64,000 nucleotides of DNA from Candidatus Aminicenantes bacterium. GTDB lineage: Bacteria > Acidobacteriota > Aminicenantia > Aminicenantales > Saccharicenantaceae. The translations under genes and the position numbers were made by a program. The DNA is taken from NCBI GenBank assembly GCA_963805045.1, contig CAWDTC010000019.1, forward strand, positions 8,249 to 72,248, written 5' to 3'. The notes below the pieces were generated by a model. The model did not search any database, was not told the DNA's origin, and saw nothing but the letters and a program-made list of their open reading frames with translations. This document shows positions 1 through 10,700 of the stretch, in pieces; within the stretch, counting starts at the first letter, position 1, and every line of letters begins with the position of its first letter.

Positions 1-2170
1 GCGCTCGTGGAGGTACTCGGCCACGGCCCAGGCGATGCTCAGCCCGTCGAACGTGCTCGTGCCGCGCCCGATCTCGTCGAGGAGGATGAGGCTCCGGGAG
101 GTGGCGTTGTGGAGGATCGCCGCCGTCTCGAGCATCTCGACCATGAACGTCGACTGGCCGACGCTCAGGAAGTCCATGGCCCCGATCCGGGTGAAGATGC
201 GGTCGACGAGGCCGAGGGTCGCCGCCGAGGCCGGCACGAACGAGCCCATCTGGCCGAGGATCGAGATCAGGGCGACCTGCCTGAGGTAGGTCGATTTCCC
301 GCCCATGTTGGGCCCGGTGATGATGAGGATCTGGTTCGCGCCGCCGTCGAGGTCGGTGTCGTTCGGGATGAAGGGCTCGGCCTGGCTCGTCTCGATGACG
401 GGGTGGCGGCCGTCGCGGATGACGATGGCGTCGCCGTCGTTGACCTCGGGCCGGACGTAGCCGCGCCGCGCCGCGCACTCGGCCAAGCCGAGGAGCACGT
501 CGAGCGCGGCGACGTCGGCGGCGATCCTCTGGAGGCGGTGCGTCTCCCGGGCCACGGCCCCGCGGACCTCGAGGAAGAGGCGGTTCTCCAGGGCGCCGAT
601 GCGCTCCTCGGCGTGGAGGACCTTGTCCTCGTACTCCTTGAGCTCGGGGGTCAGGAAGCGCTCGGAGCCGACGAGCGTCTGCTTGCGCATGTAGTCGGCC
701 GGGACCTGGGGCAGGTTGGGCTTGGTGACCTCGATGTAGTAGCCGAAGACCTTGTTGTAGCGGACCTTGAGCGAGCCGATGCCCGTCCGCTCGCGCTCCC
801 GCTTCTCCATCTGGGCGATGAACGTCTTCGCCGAACGGCTGACGGAGCGGAGCTCGTCGAGCTCGGCGTCGAAGCCGTCCTTGATGATGCCGCCCTCGGT
901 CAGGAGGAAGGCGGGCTCGTCGAGGATGGCCCTCTCGATGAGCGGCGGCGACGTCGGCGGCGTTGTCCCAGCGGCCGCGGATGTCCGCGAGGAGGCGCGC
1001 CGCGAACGGCCGGAGCGCGGTCTCGACCGCCGGGAGCTGGGTCAGGGACCTCTTCAGGGCGACGAGGTCCCGGGGGCCGGCGGCGCCGAGCGAGACCTTG
1101 CCGCAGAGCCGCTCGAGGTCGTGGACGCCCGCGACGAGGTCGCGGAGCTCCCGCCGCTCGATCGTCCGTCCGAGGGCCTCGCCGACGGCGTCGAGCCGGT
1201 CGCGGATGGCGGCGGCGGCGGCGAGCGGCCGGAGGAGCCAGGCCCGGAGGAGGCGGCCGCCGGCCGCGGTCACGGTGAAGTCGATGACGTCGACGAGCGA
1301 GTCCTTGACCCGGCCGTCGCGGAGGTTGCGGACGAGCTCCAGGTTGCGGATGGTCGCGGCGTCGAGGGTCAGGCGGTCGCCGGGATGGAGATAGGAGATG
1401 CGGTCGATGAGGGCCAGGGAGTCCCGGCGGACCTTCTTCATATAATAAAGAAGGGCGCCCGAGGCCGAGACGGCCCGGGGCTTGTCGGCCAGGCCGAAGC
1501 CGGCGAGCGAGCGGGCCCCGAAATGCTCGAGGAGGACGTGGCTGGCCTGGGGGAAGTCGAAGAGCCAGGCCTCGGCCGGGCTCCTGGCGACCGAGGCCAG
1601 GCCGTTCGCGGCGAGGACGCGGCCGAGGGCCTCCTCGGCGCCCTCGGCATAGAGGATTTCCTTGGGGCCGGCCTTGAACATCTCGTCGGAGAGGGATTTC
1701 CCCTCCGTCCAGGCGCCCTCGGCCGTCCGCATCTCGCCGGAGATGAGGTCGGCCAGGGCCAGCCCCCAGCCGTCCGGACCGAGGTCGACGGCGGCGATCG
1801 TCAGCGGTTCCTTGGCGTCGTCGGCCTCGACCTCGACGGCCGTGCCCGGCGTCAGGACCTTGATGACCTCCCGCTTGACGACGCCCTTGGCCGTCCGCGG
1901 GTCCTCGACCTGCTCGCAGATGGCGACCTTGTGGCCGAGGCGGAGGAGCTTCGCGAGGTAGGTGTTGACGGCGTGGAAGGGGACGCCGCACATGGGGACC
2001 TTCTGCCGGGAGGTCAGGGCCAAGCCGAGGAGCGGGGCGGCCGTCTTGGCGTCCTCGTAGAACATCTCGTAGAAATCGCCCAGCCGGAAGAAGAGGAAGG
2101 CGTCCTTGTGCTCCGCCTTGACGCGGAAGTACTGCTCCATCATCGGGGTCAGGGAGGTGTCGTTGGCCAT
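1..2170 (-). CDS. mutS: DNA mismatch repair protein MutS (C-terminus runs off the window; one apparent frame change near 941-948)
   Basis: Reverse translation from the ATG at 2170 gives [41 protein letters not shown]..., the MutS N-domain. Bases 1-340 encode ...[34 protein letters not shown]...[11 protein letters not shown]...[14 protein letters not shown], the MutS ABC ATPase. The N-terminal and ATPase parts are in different phases and join at ...WDNAADVAA|[10 protein letters not shown]. It is absent from the ORF track because both frames leave the window without a stop. Confidence 0.9.
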   Translation of the reverse strand, partial: MANDTSLTPMMEQYFRVKAEHKDAFLFFRLGDFYEMFYEDAKTAAPLLGLALTSRQKVPMCGVPFHAVNTYLAKLLRLGHKVAICEQVEDPRTAKGVVKREVIKVLTPGTAVEVEADDAKEPLTIAAVDLGPDGWGLALADLISGEMRTAEGAWTEGKSLSDEMFKAGPKEILYAEGAEEALGRVLAANGLASVARSPAEAWLFDFPQASHVLLEHFGARSLAGFGLADKPRAVSASGALLYYMKKVRRDSLALIDRISYLHPGDRLTLDAATIRNLELVRNLRDGRVKDSLVDVIDFTVTAAGGRLLRAWLLRPLAAAAAIRDRLDAVGEALGRTIERRELRDLVAGVHDLERLCGKVSLGAAGPRDLVALKRSLTQLPAVETALRPFAARLLADIRGRWDNAADVAAAHREGHPRRARLPPDRGRHHQGRLRRRARRAPLRQPFGEDVHRPDGEAGARADGHRLAQGPLQQGLRLLHRGHQAQPAPGPGRLHAQADARRLRALPDPRAQGVRGQGPPRRGAHRRPGEPPLPRGPRGRGPGDAPPPEDRRRRRRARRAPRLGRVRGAARLRPARGQRRRRHRHPRRPPPRHRDEPGRALHPERHRPRRRREPDPHHHRAQHGREIDLPQAGRPDLDPRPDGLVRAGLGGDPRPRRPHLHPDRGHGLPERRPVDVHGRDARDGGDPPQRHLPEPHPPRRDRARHEHVRRAEHRLGRGRVPPRA

Positions 2171-2258
2171 CGTCGCGCCCCCTCACTATACCGGGGCCCC
2201 CACCTATTTTCAAGGCGAGAACAGTTATTTGGCGGGGGGATCCTGTCCGTGCGCGCCA

Positions 2259-2543
2259 AAGGCCTTGGGGATGGCCTCCACTCCAGAGTGCGGTTCTTCA
2301 CGCCTTCCCGGAGCGTTCTTTCTCGGCGTCTGCGGAACTCGCTCTTCATGCTCCAGCCCGCCCCCGCGCGTGAATGCCATTTAAGTAGGGCCGCAGACTG
2401 CTGGCTCATGCTCAGACATCCTCGCCGCCCTCAAGAGAGGGGACCCTTATTAGAGGATCCCCTCTCTTGAGGATTCCCTCGAAAAACGCTCCGGGAAGGC
2501 TAAACCGCACATGACGTTCCGGCCATTCCCCTTCGGCCTCGGG
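2259..2543 (-). repeat. Copy A of the ~85-nt palindromic element family, split in its apical loop by a 199-bp nested palindromic insert (2302-2500)
   Basis: The halves GGGGATGGCCTCCACTCCAGAGTGCGGTT (2267-2295) and TAAACCGCACATGACGTTCCGGCCATTCCCCTTCGGCC (2501-2538) match the other four copies. The insert has 16-bp perfect terminal inverted repeats, GCCTTCCCGGAGCGTT (2302-2317) and AACGCTCCGGGAAGGC (2485-2500). It also has an inner 15-bp perfect hairpin (2429-2443 / 2458-2472). Confidence 0.8.
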
Positions 2544-2808
2544 CTCTCCCCTGACGCGGAGAATGGGACTGTCCCGCTCTCGGGGACGCACGGAAGGACC
2601 CTTCCGGCGAATCCCCGAGGCCGCTAGGGAATCGGCGGGGGGGCTAGCGCAGGTGGCGCCAAGGCCGTCCGTAAGCCCCCGTTTGGAAGGGGACCCGGAG
2701 GTTCCACGGGGACCGGGACAGGTTCCCGGGGCCGGGGCAAGGACGGTCTCGGCGCCGCCGCACAGGGTGACGCACGGACAGGACCCTCCGACCTGAGATG
2801 GGGTCCGA

Positions 2809-2837
2809 TTGACAAGGTCCGGTCGGTATAGTAATCT
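2809..2837 (+). promoter_or_regulatory. Putative sigma-70 promoter of pgsA
   Basis: TTGACA lies at 2809-2814. It is followed by overlapping -10 candidates TATAGT (2827-2832), TAGTAA and TAATCT (2832-2837). Only the last has a 17-nt spacer. The GTG start is at 2845, so the leader would be very short. Confidence 0.35.
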
Positions 2838-2844
2838 CGGACGC

Positions 2845-3388
2845 GTGAATGTCCCGAACTACCTGACGCTCGCCCGCATCATCGCCATCCCCGCCCTCGT
2901 CGCCGTCATGCTCACGAATTTCCACGGCCGCGACCTCGTCGCCACGGCCATCTTCGTCTTCGCCTCCCTCACCGACTGGTTGGACGGTTACTTCGCCCGC
3001 AAAAAGGGCCTGGTCACGGTCATTGGCCAGCTGCTCGACCCGACGGCCGACAAGCTCCTCATCACCTCGGCCATCATCTGCCTCGTCCACCTCGGGCGCG
3101 TCGCGGCCTGGGCCGCCGTCGTCATCATCGGCCGGGAGCTGGCTGTCTCGGGCTTCCGGGCCATCGCCTCGTCCAAGGGCGTGAACATCCCCGCCTCGGG
3201 GCTCGGCAAGGCCAAGATGGGGCTCGAATCCGTGGGCCGTCGGAGCGCTCATCCTCGGCCCGGTCTACTTCGGCAAGTTCTACATCCTCGCCCAGGTCGG
3301 CCTGTGGCTGGTCATCGTCGCGGCTCTGGCCTCGGCGGCCGAATATTACGTCCGCTTCGGGCCGCAGGTCCTCTCAAAGCAGCCCTGA
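2845..3388 (+). CDS. pgsA: CDP-diacylglycerol--glycerol-3-phosphate 3-phosphatidyltransferase (frame change near 3235)
   Basis: The protein starts NVPNYLTLARI and carries the CDP-alcohol phosphatidyltransferase motif DWLDGYFARKKGLVTVIGQLLDPTADK. After ...GKAKMGLES the membrane-protein sequence continues in the next frame as GALILGPVYFGKFYILAQVGLWLVIVAALASAAEYYVRFGPQVLSKQP, ending at a stop at 3386-3388. Confidence 0.85.
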
Positions 3389-4306
3389 GAGCGCGGCCCG
3401 CGTCCGCTCCACCCCCGCCCAGTCCTCCACGTTGTGACAGGCCGGCGGCTTCGCCCAGCCGCGGCTGGCCCGCTTGAGGAGGCCGGTCAGGACCTTGCCC
3501 GGCCCGAGCTCGACGCAGGCCTCGACCCCGAGCTCCTTCAGCGCCTCCATCGTCCGCGTCCAGAGGACGGCCTGGCTGACCTGGCGCTTGAGCGCCTCCC
3601 GCGCCTCCGCAGCGGTCCGGACGGGCCGGGCGTCGACGTTGGTGACGACCGGGAACTTGAGGTCGTGGAAGGCGACGGCGTCGAGGTCGACGGCCAGCCG
3701 GGCCGCGGCCGGCGCCATCAGACGGGAGTGGAACGGTCCGCTCACCGGGAGCATGACCGACCGCGGCGGCTTGATCAGGGCCAGGGCCTCCTCGACGGCC
3801 GCCTTCTCGCCGGAGATGACGGTCTGCTCCTCGCTGTTCCAGTTGGCGATGTCGACGACGCCCGAGCGCACGGCCTCGAGCGCCTTGCGGATGTCCTCGC
3901 CGGCGACACCGAGGACGGCGGCCATCGCCCCTCGCCCGGCCGGAACGGCCTCCTGCATGTAGCCGCCCCTCCTGTGGACGAGGACGACGGCGTCCTCGAA
4001 GCCGAGGGCGCCGGCCTCGACCATGGCGCAGTACTCGCCGAGACTGTGGCCGGCGGCCACGGCCGGCTCGAGTCCGAGGAGGCGCGCGGCGACGACGCCG
4101 GCGACGAGGAGGGCCGGCTGGGCGTTCGCCGTCATCCGGAGCTCCGGCTCCGGGCCCTCGAACGAGATCCGGGAAATGGAATAGCCGAGGGCCTCGTCCG
4201 CCCTCGCGTAGAGCTCGCGCGCGAGCGGCGATCGCTCGTGGAGGTCGCGTCCCATCCCGACAACCTGTGACCCCTGTCCGGGGAAAAGATAAGCGATCCG
4301 GCTCAT
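3374..4306 (-). CDS. fabD: Malonyl CoA-ACP transacylase
   Basis: This is an intact 310-aa ORF with IAYLFPGQGSQVVGMG, the active-site GHSLGEY and VSGPFHS, all hallmarks of FabD. Confidence 0.95.
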   Translation of the reverse strand: MSRIAYLFPGQGSQVVGMGRDLHERSPLARELYARADEALGYSISRISFEGPEPELRMTANAQPALLVAGVVAARLLGLEPAVAAGHSLGEYCAMVEAGALGFEDAVVLVHRRGGYMQEAVPAGRGAMAAVLGVAGEDIRKALEAVRSGVVDIANWNSEEQTVISGEKAAVEEALALIKPPRSVMLPVSGPFHSRLMAPAAARLAVDLDAVAFHDLKFPVVTNVDARPVRTAAEAREALKRQVSQAVLWTRTMEALKELGVEACVELGPGKVLTGLLKRASRGWAKPPACHNVEDWAGVERTRAALSGLL

Positions 4307-4324
4307 GCGGCGGCCTCCTCCCGG

Positions 4325-4963
4325 CTATTTCAGGCAGTCGCGGTTGACCCGGACGTCGGACTGCGCCCGGATCGTCCGGACCCAGTCGGCGATCTTGGCC
4401 GCCCTGAGCTCGGCCCGGAGCCGCGTTTCGAGGTCGGCCCGGACGCTCTCGAAGGAGCCGGGCTCCAGGCCCTTGGTCTTCTGCTCCGGGACGTAGACAT
4501 CCCGGTAATACTTATCGACGTCGCCGCGCGAGACAGGGACGGGGGCGGCGAAACGCGCCGAGACGACCCTCTCGTAGCGCAGCCGCTCCTCGAGGTAGGG
4601 GCGGAGGTCGGCCTCCGTGAGCCCGAACTTCCGGAGCTTGGCGGCGAACGCGTCCGGACCGAACTGCGCGCGCAGGTCCGCCAGGGCCCGGTCGGGGTCG
4701 ACCGCGCCTCCGGGCCCGGGTTCGCGGGCCATGGCCAAGACGAGCTTCTGGCCGATGAGCGAGTCGAGCGCGGCGAGGGCCGCGTCCCCGGACGCGGGCG
4801 GGACGGTCCGGTCGATGAGCCCGAACTCCTGGGCGATGCGGACGTCGGTGAGGGTGACGGGCTGGCCGCCGACGACTGCGACGAGGCAGTTCACGGTCTG
4901 GGCGCGGCCGGCGCCGGCCGACAGGAGACCAGCGAGAAGGAGGAGAACGGATGTTTTTTTCAT
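4325..4963 (-). CDS. Periplasmic SurA N-domain-like chaperone without a parvulin domain
   Basis: An internal ATG at 4963 gives MKKTSVLLLLAGLLSAGAGRAQ (signal peptide). This is followed by VAVVGGQPVTLTDV...LIGQKLVLAMA...FGLTEADLRPYLEERLRYERV...ADWVRTIRAQSDVRV, which is a SurA_N-like layout. The gene lies 4 nt downstream of bamA. Confidence 0.7.
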   Translation of the reverse strand: MKKTSVLLLLAGLLSAGAGRAQTVNCLVAVVGGQPVTLTDVRIAQEFGLIDRTVPPASGDAALAALDSLIGQKLVLAMAREPGPGGAVDPDRALADLRAQFGPDAFAAKLRKFGLTEADLRPYLEERLRYERVVSARFAAPVPVSRGDVDKYYRDVYVPEQKTKGLEPGSFESVRADLETRLRAELRAAKIADWVRTIRAQSDVRVNRDCLK

Positions 4964-4967
4964 GGCG

Positions 4968-7736
4968 TTAGAACATGTTCCCGATGGTGATGAAAAAATA
5001 GGCCGTCTTCCGTCTCGTCTGCGGCGGCACGAGGTTCGCCGCGGGCGTCCGGATGTTCCAGGCGAGCTCGACGCGGACCGGCCCGAGCGGCGTCCGGTAG
5101 CGGAGGCCGGACCCGACCGCCGCCTCGAGGTCGGCGAGGCGGAAATCCCGGATGTATGGGAAGACGTTCCCGAGGTCGAGGAAGACGCCCCCCGCCAGGT
5201 CCTTGAAGGCGGGGATGAGTGGGAAGCGCATCTCGGCGTTGAGGAGGAAGAGGGCTCGGCCGCCGTCGGGATATCCCGTCGTCGGATCCTTGGGGCCGAG
5301 GTAATCGAAGGATTCGCCGCGGAAGGAGTTGCTTCCGCCGGCGAAGAACCGCTCGGGAACGGAAATCTCGCCCTGCGCCAGGCCGAGCCGGGCCAGGAAG
5401 CTGAAGTCGACACGGGACAGGACGGGCTTGAAATACTGGAACTTGAAATAGGTCTTCCAGTAGTCCGACTCCGTGCCGAAGAGCGGTTTCGCCTTTTGGA
5501 CCGTCGCGCTCAGGAAGCTCCCCCTCTCCGGATTGAACGAATCGTCCCGCCTGTCCAGGGCCACGCTGACCGAGGCCAGCGTCGTCGAGTAGTGCTGGAG
5601 ACGGATATCGATCTCGGACTCGGGGATCTCGAGGTTCGAAAGGTCGGTCCGGCTCCAGCTGAGCGCCCCGAGCACGATCAGGCGGGGGAGCAGGGGGCGG
5701 GACAGGTTGAAGCTCACGCCGCGGCGGTCGAAGGTGAAGCTCGTGCGGTCCTCCCGCTCGACCCAGCCGAGGAGGGCCGGCCGCAGGGCCAGGCCGAAGA
5801 GGTAGGGCTGGTTCCAGGAGACGATGGCCCGGCGCTCGACGTCGCTGTATTGACCGACGAGGCTCAGCTGGGCGGCCAGGCCGAGGACGTTGCTCCGGAT
5901 GTACTCGCCCGTCGCGCTCGGCCTGAACTGGACTTGCTCCGACGAGGGGATGGCGTCGCGCGATTCGAAGCCGAGGCCGAGCCCGGCGTAGTTCGCCTCG
6001 CCCTCCTGGACGTTGACGACGACGTTCTCCTGGCCGGGGTCGGTCAGGATCTCCTCCATCCGGACCTCGGAGAAAACGCCCAGCCGCTCCAGGCGCCGCT
6101 TGCTGTCCTGGATGAGGGAGAAGTCGGCCGGCCCGCCCTTCCTGACTTGGATCTCCTTGGTGATGACGCTCAGCCGGGTCAGCCTGTTGCCCGCGACGAG
6201 GATGTTCCGCACGGCGACCGGCGTGCCCTCTTCGATCTCAAAGGTCACGGCGTAGGCGTTCCCCTCAGCCGGCTCGGCCCGCGCCGCGACCTTCGTGCCG
6301 CGGATGCCGTGGTTGAGGTAATAGCTCTCGATGATGCCCGAGTCCCGTTGGACGTTGGGCGGGAAATAGGGCCCGCCCCTGACACTGACGAGCTCCCGCA
6401 GCACGGCCTCGGGCGCGAAGAGGTGCATCCCCGAGAGGGTGATCGAGGCGACCGTCCGGCGGGCCCCCTCGTCGACCTTCAGGATGGCCTCGACGCCGCG
6501 GCGGGAGGGGGGCAGGGCGAGCTCCGCGCGGGCGTCGGGGAAGCCGTTGACCCGGTAGAAATACTCGATCTCGGCGGGAAGGGCGAAGAGACGGTCGTAG
6601 CTCAATAAGGAGAAGAAGAGGGCCCGCTCGGTGACGAGGAGCTCGTCCTTGAGCTTCTGGGCGCTGAACGACTTCACCCCCTCGAAGGAGATCTTCTCGA
6701 TGGCGTACTTCCTGCCGGCATCGACGTCGTAGACGACGCGCAGCTCGTTCTCCGTCCGCTCGATCCGGCTTTTCACCGTCGCGTAGACGTAGCCTTTCTT
6801 CCGCACGTAGCCGAGGACCCGGACCTCGCCCTCGGCCAGGCCCCACTCCTCGAAGATGCGCTCCTCCCAGATCGGCGAGAGCAGGCTCGTCGGGACCTTG
6901 AACCCGTTGACGACGATGGTGATCTTCTCCCGCGGCTGGACCTCGAGGGTGAGGGCTACGGTCCGCGCCGCGTCGTCGAAGCGCTCGGAGGCGAGCTCGA
7001 TCTCCGCGCGCCGGTAGCCGAGCGAGGCATAATATGCGGCGAGGGCCTGGATGTCCCGCTCGAGGAGGGCCGGGACGTAGGGCTGGGGCCGCCGGGTCCT
7101 CATTTGCCTGAAGAGGTTGCCCAGGGAGACGCCGACCGGTCCCTGGATCTCGAGCGAGGCGATGCGGTACCGTTTCCAGCCGGAGATCCGGAAGACGACG
7201 TCCGCCCGCGGCTCGGCCGGGTCCCGCCGCACCGAGGGCGTCACCTCCGCCCCGAAGTAGCCCTGCCGCCTGAGCCCCTCGCGGAGCTCCTCGACCGCCT
7301 TCGGCAGACGCTCCTCGGACAGGACGTTCCCCGGCCGCAGGGACTCCAGGGCCTCCCGCAGGCGCGAGGCGCGGAGCCGGACGCCCTCGAAGCGGACGCG
7401 CCGGACGGTGATGTTGCGGACGAGCTCGAAGACGAGCTCGACCCTCTCCTCGCCGCTCCGCGTGACCCGGACGTCGGAGAAGAGCCCCGTCTGGTAGACC
7501 TGCTTGACGACCCGGTCGATGGCCAGCGGCGAGTAGGCGTCGCCCGGCTTGAAGGGGATGAGGTCGGCCTCAGGCCCCCGGGCCGGCCGCCCGTCGACGA
7601 GGACGCCGACCCGGGCGAGGACGGGTCCGGCCGCCTCCTGGGCGGAGGCGCCGCAGGGCGCCGCGGCCAGGGCGAGGGCGGCGAGGAGCGCCGCGGCGGC
7701 GAGGGCGGCGGCGGACGGGAGCGTTTTCCGGGCCAA
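4968..7736 (-). CDS. bamA: Outer membrane protein assembly factor BamA (Omp85 family), 922 aa
   Basis: This is an intact ORF with a signal peptide and repeated POTRA-like units (...V.F.G......L......G..Y...). It has a C-terminal beta-barrel ending ...RTPLGPVRVELAWN...YFFITIGNMF with an aromatic terminus. Confidence 0.9.
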   Translation of the reverse strand: MARKTLPSAAALAAAALLAALALAAAPCGASAQEAAGPVLARVGVLVDGRPARGPEADLIPFKPGDAYSPLAIDRVVKQVYQTGLFSDVRVTRSGEERVELVFELVRNITVRRVRFEGVRLRASRLREALESLRPGNVLSEERLPKAVEELREGLRRQGYFGAEVTPSVRRDPAEPRADVVFRISGWKRYRIASLEIQGPVGVSLGNLFRQMRTRRPQPYVPALLERDIQALAAYYASLGYRRAEIELASERFDDAARTVALTLEVQPREKITIVVNGFKVPTSLLSPIWEERIFEEWGLAEGEVRVLGYVRKKGYVYATVKSRIERTENELRVVYDVDAGRKYAIEKISFEGVKSFSAQKLKDELLVTERALFFSLLSYDRLFALPAEIEYFYRVNGFPDARAELALPPSRRGVEAILKVDEGARRTVASITLSGMHLFAPEAVLRELVSVRGGPYFPPNVQRDSGIIESYYLNHGIRGTKVAARAEPAEGNAYAVTFEIEEGTPVAVRNILVAGNRLTRLSVITKEIQVRKGGPADFSLIQDSKRRLERLGVFSEVRMEEILTDPGQENVVVNVQEGEANYAGLGLGFESRDAIPSSEQVQFRPSATGEYIRSNVLGLAAQLSLVGQYSDVERRAIVSWNQPYLFGLALRPALLGWVEREDRTSFTFDRRGVSFNLSRPLLPRLIVLGALSWSRTDLSNLEIPESEIDIRLQHYSTTLASVSVALDRRDDSFNPERGSFLSATVQKAKPLFGTESDYWKTYFKFQYFKPVLSRVDFSFLARLGLAQGEISVPERFFAGGSNSFRGESFDYLGPKDPTTGYPDGGRALFLLNAEMRFPLIPAFKDLAGGVFLDLGNVFPYIRDFRLADLEAAVGSGLRYRTPLGPVRVELAWNIRTPAANLVPPQTRRKTAYFFITIGNMF

Positions 7737-7737
7737 G

Positions 7738-10700
7738 TCAGAACCTCTTCCTGAACTTGAGGTCGAAGCTGACCCGCCCGAGCTCGTCGCGCAGGCCGAC
7801 GAGCGAGAAGTCGTTGCTGATGTCCCACTCCATCCGGTAGATCTCCTCGCGCTGCGTCGCCAGGTTCGTCGAGTACATGAAGAGGACGTTGCGCGAGAGC
7901 TTCTTGCCGAGCGTCAGCCGCGCCGTCATTTCCGCCGAGGTCCCGGAGACGAACGGGTCGATCCGGAACCGGTCCAGCGTGAACAGCCCCTCGGCCCGCT
8001 TCTTGGCCTGGTCGGCGATCTGGAATGAGAGGAGCGAGGCCGTGCTCAGCTGGTTGCTCCGCTCCGGGTCGTAGGCGTAGGTCTGCTTGAAGGCCTCGCC
8101 CAAGGCGAGCAGGGCCAGGACGTCCTCCGGCGGCATGGGCGGCGATGAGCTGAACTCGGGCTTCAGGCGGCCGGCCGGCCCGCTGAGGATCATTGTCACG
8201 CGGTAGTCCTTGACGTAGGTCTCGGCCCGGATCTCGACGTAGGGCTCGGCGACGACCGGGTTGATGAAGCTCAGCCGCCCCTTGAGGATGCGGAAGTTCT
8301 GGTCCTGGAAGTCGATGTTCCCCTTGAGGAGCTCGATGTCGCCGAGGAGGACAGGGTCGTCGGCCTCCCCGGTCACGGACAGGTCGAAGCGGCCGGAGAC
8401 CCGGCCGAGGGAATTGTCCATCAGGGCGTTCTCCTGCGCGCGCAGGCGGAGGTTCAGGGACAAGTTGTCGAAGAATCCGGGTTCCCGGCTCGACGGCGAG
8501 GGGGCTTGGGAGGAGAACGCGAACCCCTCGTAGAGCTCGCGGCGCCAGGTCAGCCGCTTGAAGAGGATGTCCCCGTCGAGGACGAACTGCCGGCCGTCTT
8601 TGAGCAGCCGGGTGCTGGCGTCGACGAGGGCCCGGGTCCGCTCGAGGGGGGCGACGAGCATGTCCTTCCCTTCCATGGTCACGTCGATCGTCTCGACGCC
8701 CCCGGGGCCGAGGCCGATCTCGCCCGAGGCCTTTACGTCGCCGCCGCCGAGCTTCCCCTTGAGCTCGGTGATGGTGATCCTCCGGTCGTCGACGCGGGCC
8801 GTGCCGGCGTAGTCCGTCAGGGCGTGGGCGAAGCGCGGGAAGGGCATGAGCGGGCCCGCGATGGAGACCGAGCCCGCGACCTGGGGCGAGTCGCGCGGCC
8901 CGCTCATCCCGGCCGTGAAATCCAGCCGCCCCTTGGCCCCTGCCCATGGCAGGAGGAGGTCGAGGTTCGTCCAGTGTCCCTGAAGGCGGCCGGTCAGCGT
9001 GTCGCCGGGGAGGGCGAAGCGGACCCGGCCCTGGACCTCGTTGTCGCCGGGCAGGAAGGCGCTCCGGACGTCGAGGGCCAGCTCGTCCTTGGCATAATCC
9101 AGGCTGAACTCGCCGGAGGCCTGGGTCTTCTGGATGGGCGGGAGGACGAGGTCCTTGATCGAGAAGCGGCCGCCGAGCTTGTCCTTGCCGAAGACGCCCT
9201 TGCCCGCCACGTCCAGGTCGAGGAGCGGCCGGAGACGCCGGGAACGAGCACGGCGACGTCGACGTTCTCGGCGCGGAGATCGGCGTCAAATTCCCGGCTG
9301 ACGAGCCCGGCCAGGGCCCGTCCCCGGACGCGGCCCCCGTAGAGGCCGAAGCCGATCTCGGGGAAGGAAAGCGTCCCGTCCTTCCACTCGAGGCGCCCGG
9401 CGACCTCCTTGAACGTCTGGCCGTAGCCCCGGACCTCCGGGCTGGCAAAGGCGCCGCGGACCTCCTCGCTCTTGGGCGTCTCGACGACGTCGAAATCCCC
9501 GGACGCCCGTCCCTCGAGGGCGACCGGGATCTCGAGCGAGGCGAAGACCCGGGCAAGGTCGCCCTCCGCCTTGCGGACCGAGGCCTCCGTCCGCGTCGGG
9601 CCGGCCTTGACCCCAATCTCCGCCTTGAGGCCGGGGTCGTCGACGCGAAACTGGCCCTGGAACTCGTCGCCGACGATGACGGCCTCGCCCTCGGCAAGGG
9701 CGGCGTTGAAGAGGGCGAACCCGGCCGGGGCGAAAGTGCCCTTGAGGGTCACCTTCGGATCGTCGGCTTGGCCCGTCAGCCGGACGTCGGTGGACCCGGC
9801 CCCGCGGATCTCCGGGAAGTCGAAGGGCTCGGCCAGGAGGAGGGAGACGAATTCCCGGGCCTGCTTGAGGTCCGTGACGGAGCCGCGGATCTCGGTGTCG
9901 ATGCCGCCGTGGACGCGGAGGGCGGCCCGGGCCTCGAGCCGGGCGAAGGGCGACTCGAGGTCGCGCGTCGAGAGCTCCACATCCTGCGTCGCGGGATCAT
10001 AGCGGACGTCGACGGCACCGCGGAAGGAGAAGCGGTTGCCCTCGCGGACGAGCCGCTCGTCCCGGAACTCGCCCCGCGCCTGGAGCTTCCCGTTCTCAAC
10101 GGAGAACGTCCCCCAAGCCGGCGAGAGGACCGGCCAGGCGATGCCGATCTCGCTCATGACAGGGTCGAGATAGGCCCCCTTGACCTCGCCGTCGACCCGG
10201 TCTCCCCGGAAGGCGACGGAGACCGATTCGCTGGGGCGCCCCGGCATCTGGACGTCGAGGGCCACCCGCCCGCCCGGCTCGGGGCCGACCTCGAGACGCC
10301 CGCGGACCCGGCCCATCGCGACGCCGCTCAGGACGAGGCCGTCGGCATCGAGGTCGGCGCCGAAAGACAGGGCGCCGCCCTTGCGCACGAGCTTTCCCTG
10401 GCCTCCGGCCTTCCCCTTCCAGCGGAAGGGCAGGTCGAGGAGCGCCGCCACGTCGGACATCTCGGCCTCGAACCGCGTGTCGAGGTCGATCTCCGGGTCC
10501 CGGAGGCCGTTGATCCGGCCCTCCCCTCTCAGGACGACATCCGCCCCCTCGAGCGCGAGGCGCTGGACCTTGACCTCCGCCCCCCGGCCGGTGAGCATGA
10601 CCTCGAGGCGGCCGCTGAGAGTGAGGTTCTCGGGCTTCGCCGTGAACGTGCTCTCCCCGGAGGTGGCCCTGACGGCGAATTCGCCGCGGCCCTGGGTGAA

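Noticed and set aside
2149-2409. An 86-aa minus-strand ORF inside the nested repeat, and similar short peptides (LEWRPSP...) read through other repeat copies.
   Set aside because: The peptide similarity is a by-product of the repeated DNA being translated. The frames and strands differ between copies and there are no start or RBS signals.
7-2470. Long plus-strand ORFs (7-1278, 767-2470) and the minus-strand ORF 900-2213, all overlapping mutS.
   Set aside because: Their translations are Arg/Pro/Gly/Ala-rich with no recognisable motifs, which is typical of shadow frames in high-GC DNA. The mutS frames explain the region.
7241-9697. Other large ORFs antisense to, or out of frame with, the real genes: 7241-9697, 19768-21423, 28379-30580 (5' part), 36680-38947, 41951-43360, 47630-49615 (5' part) and 62785-63900.
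   Set aside because: They have low-complexity R/P/G/A/D/E-rich translations, no motifs, and are fully overlapped by well-supported genes on the other strand or frame.
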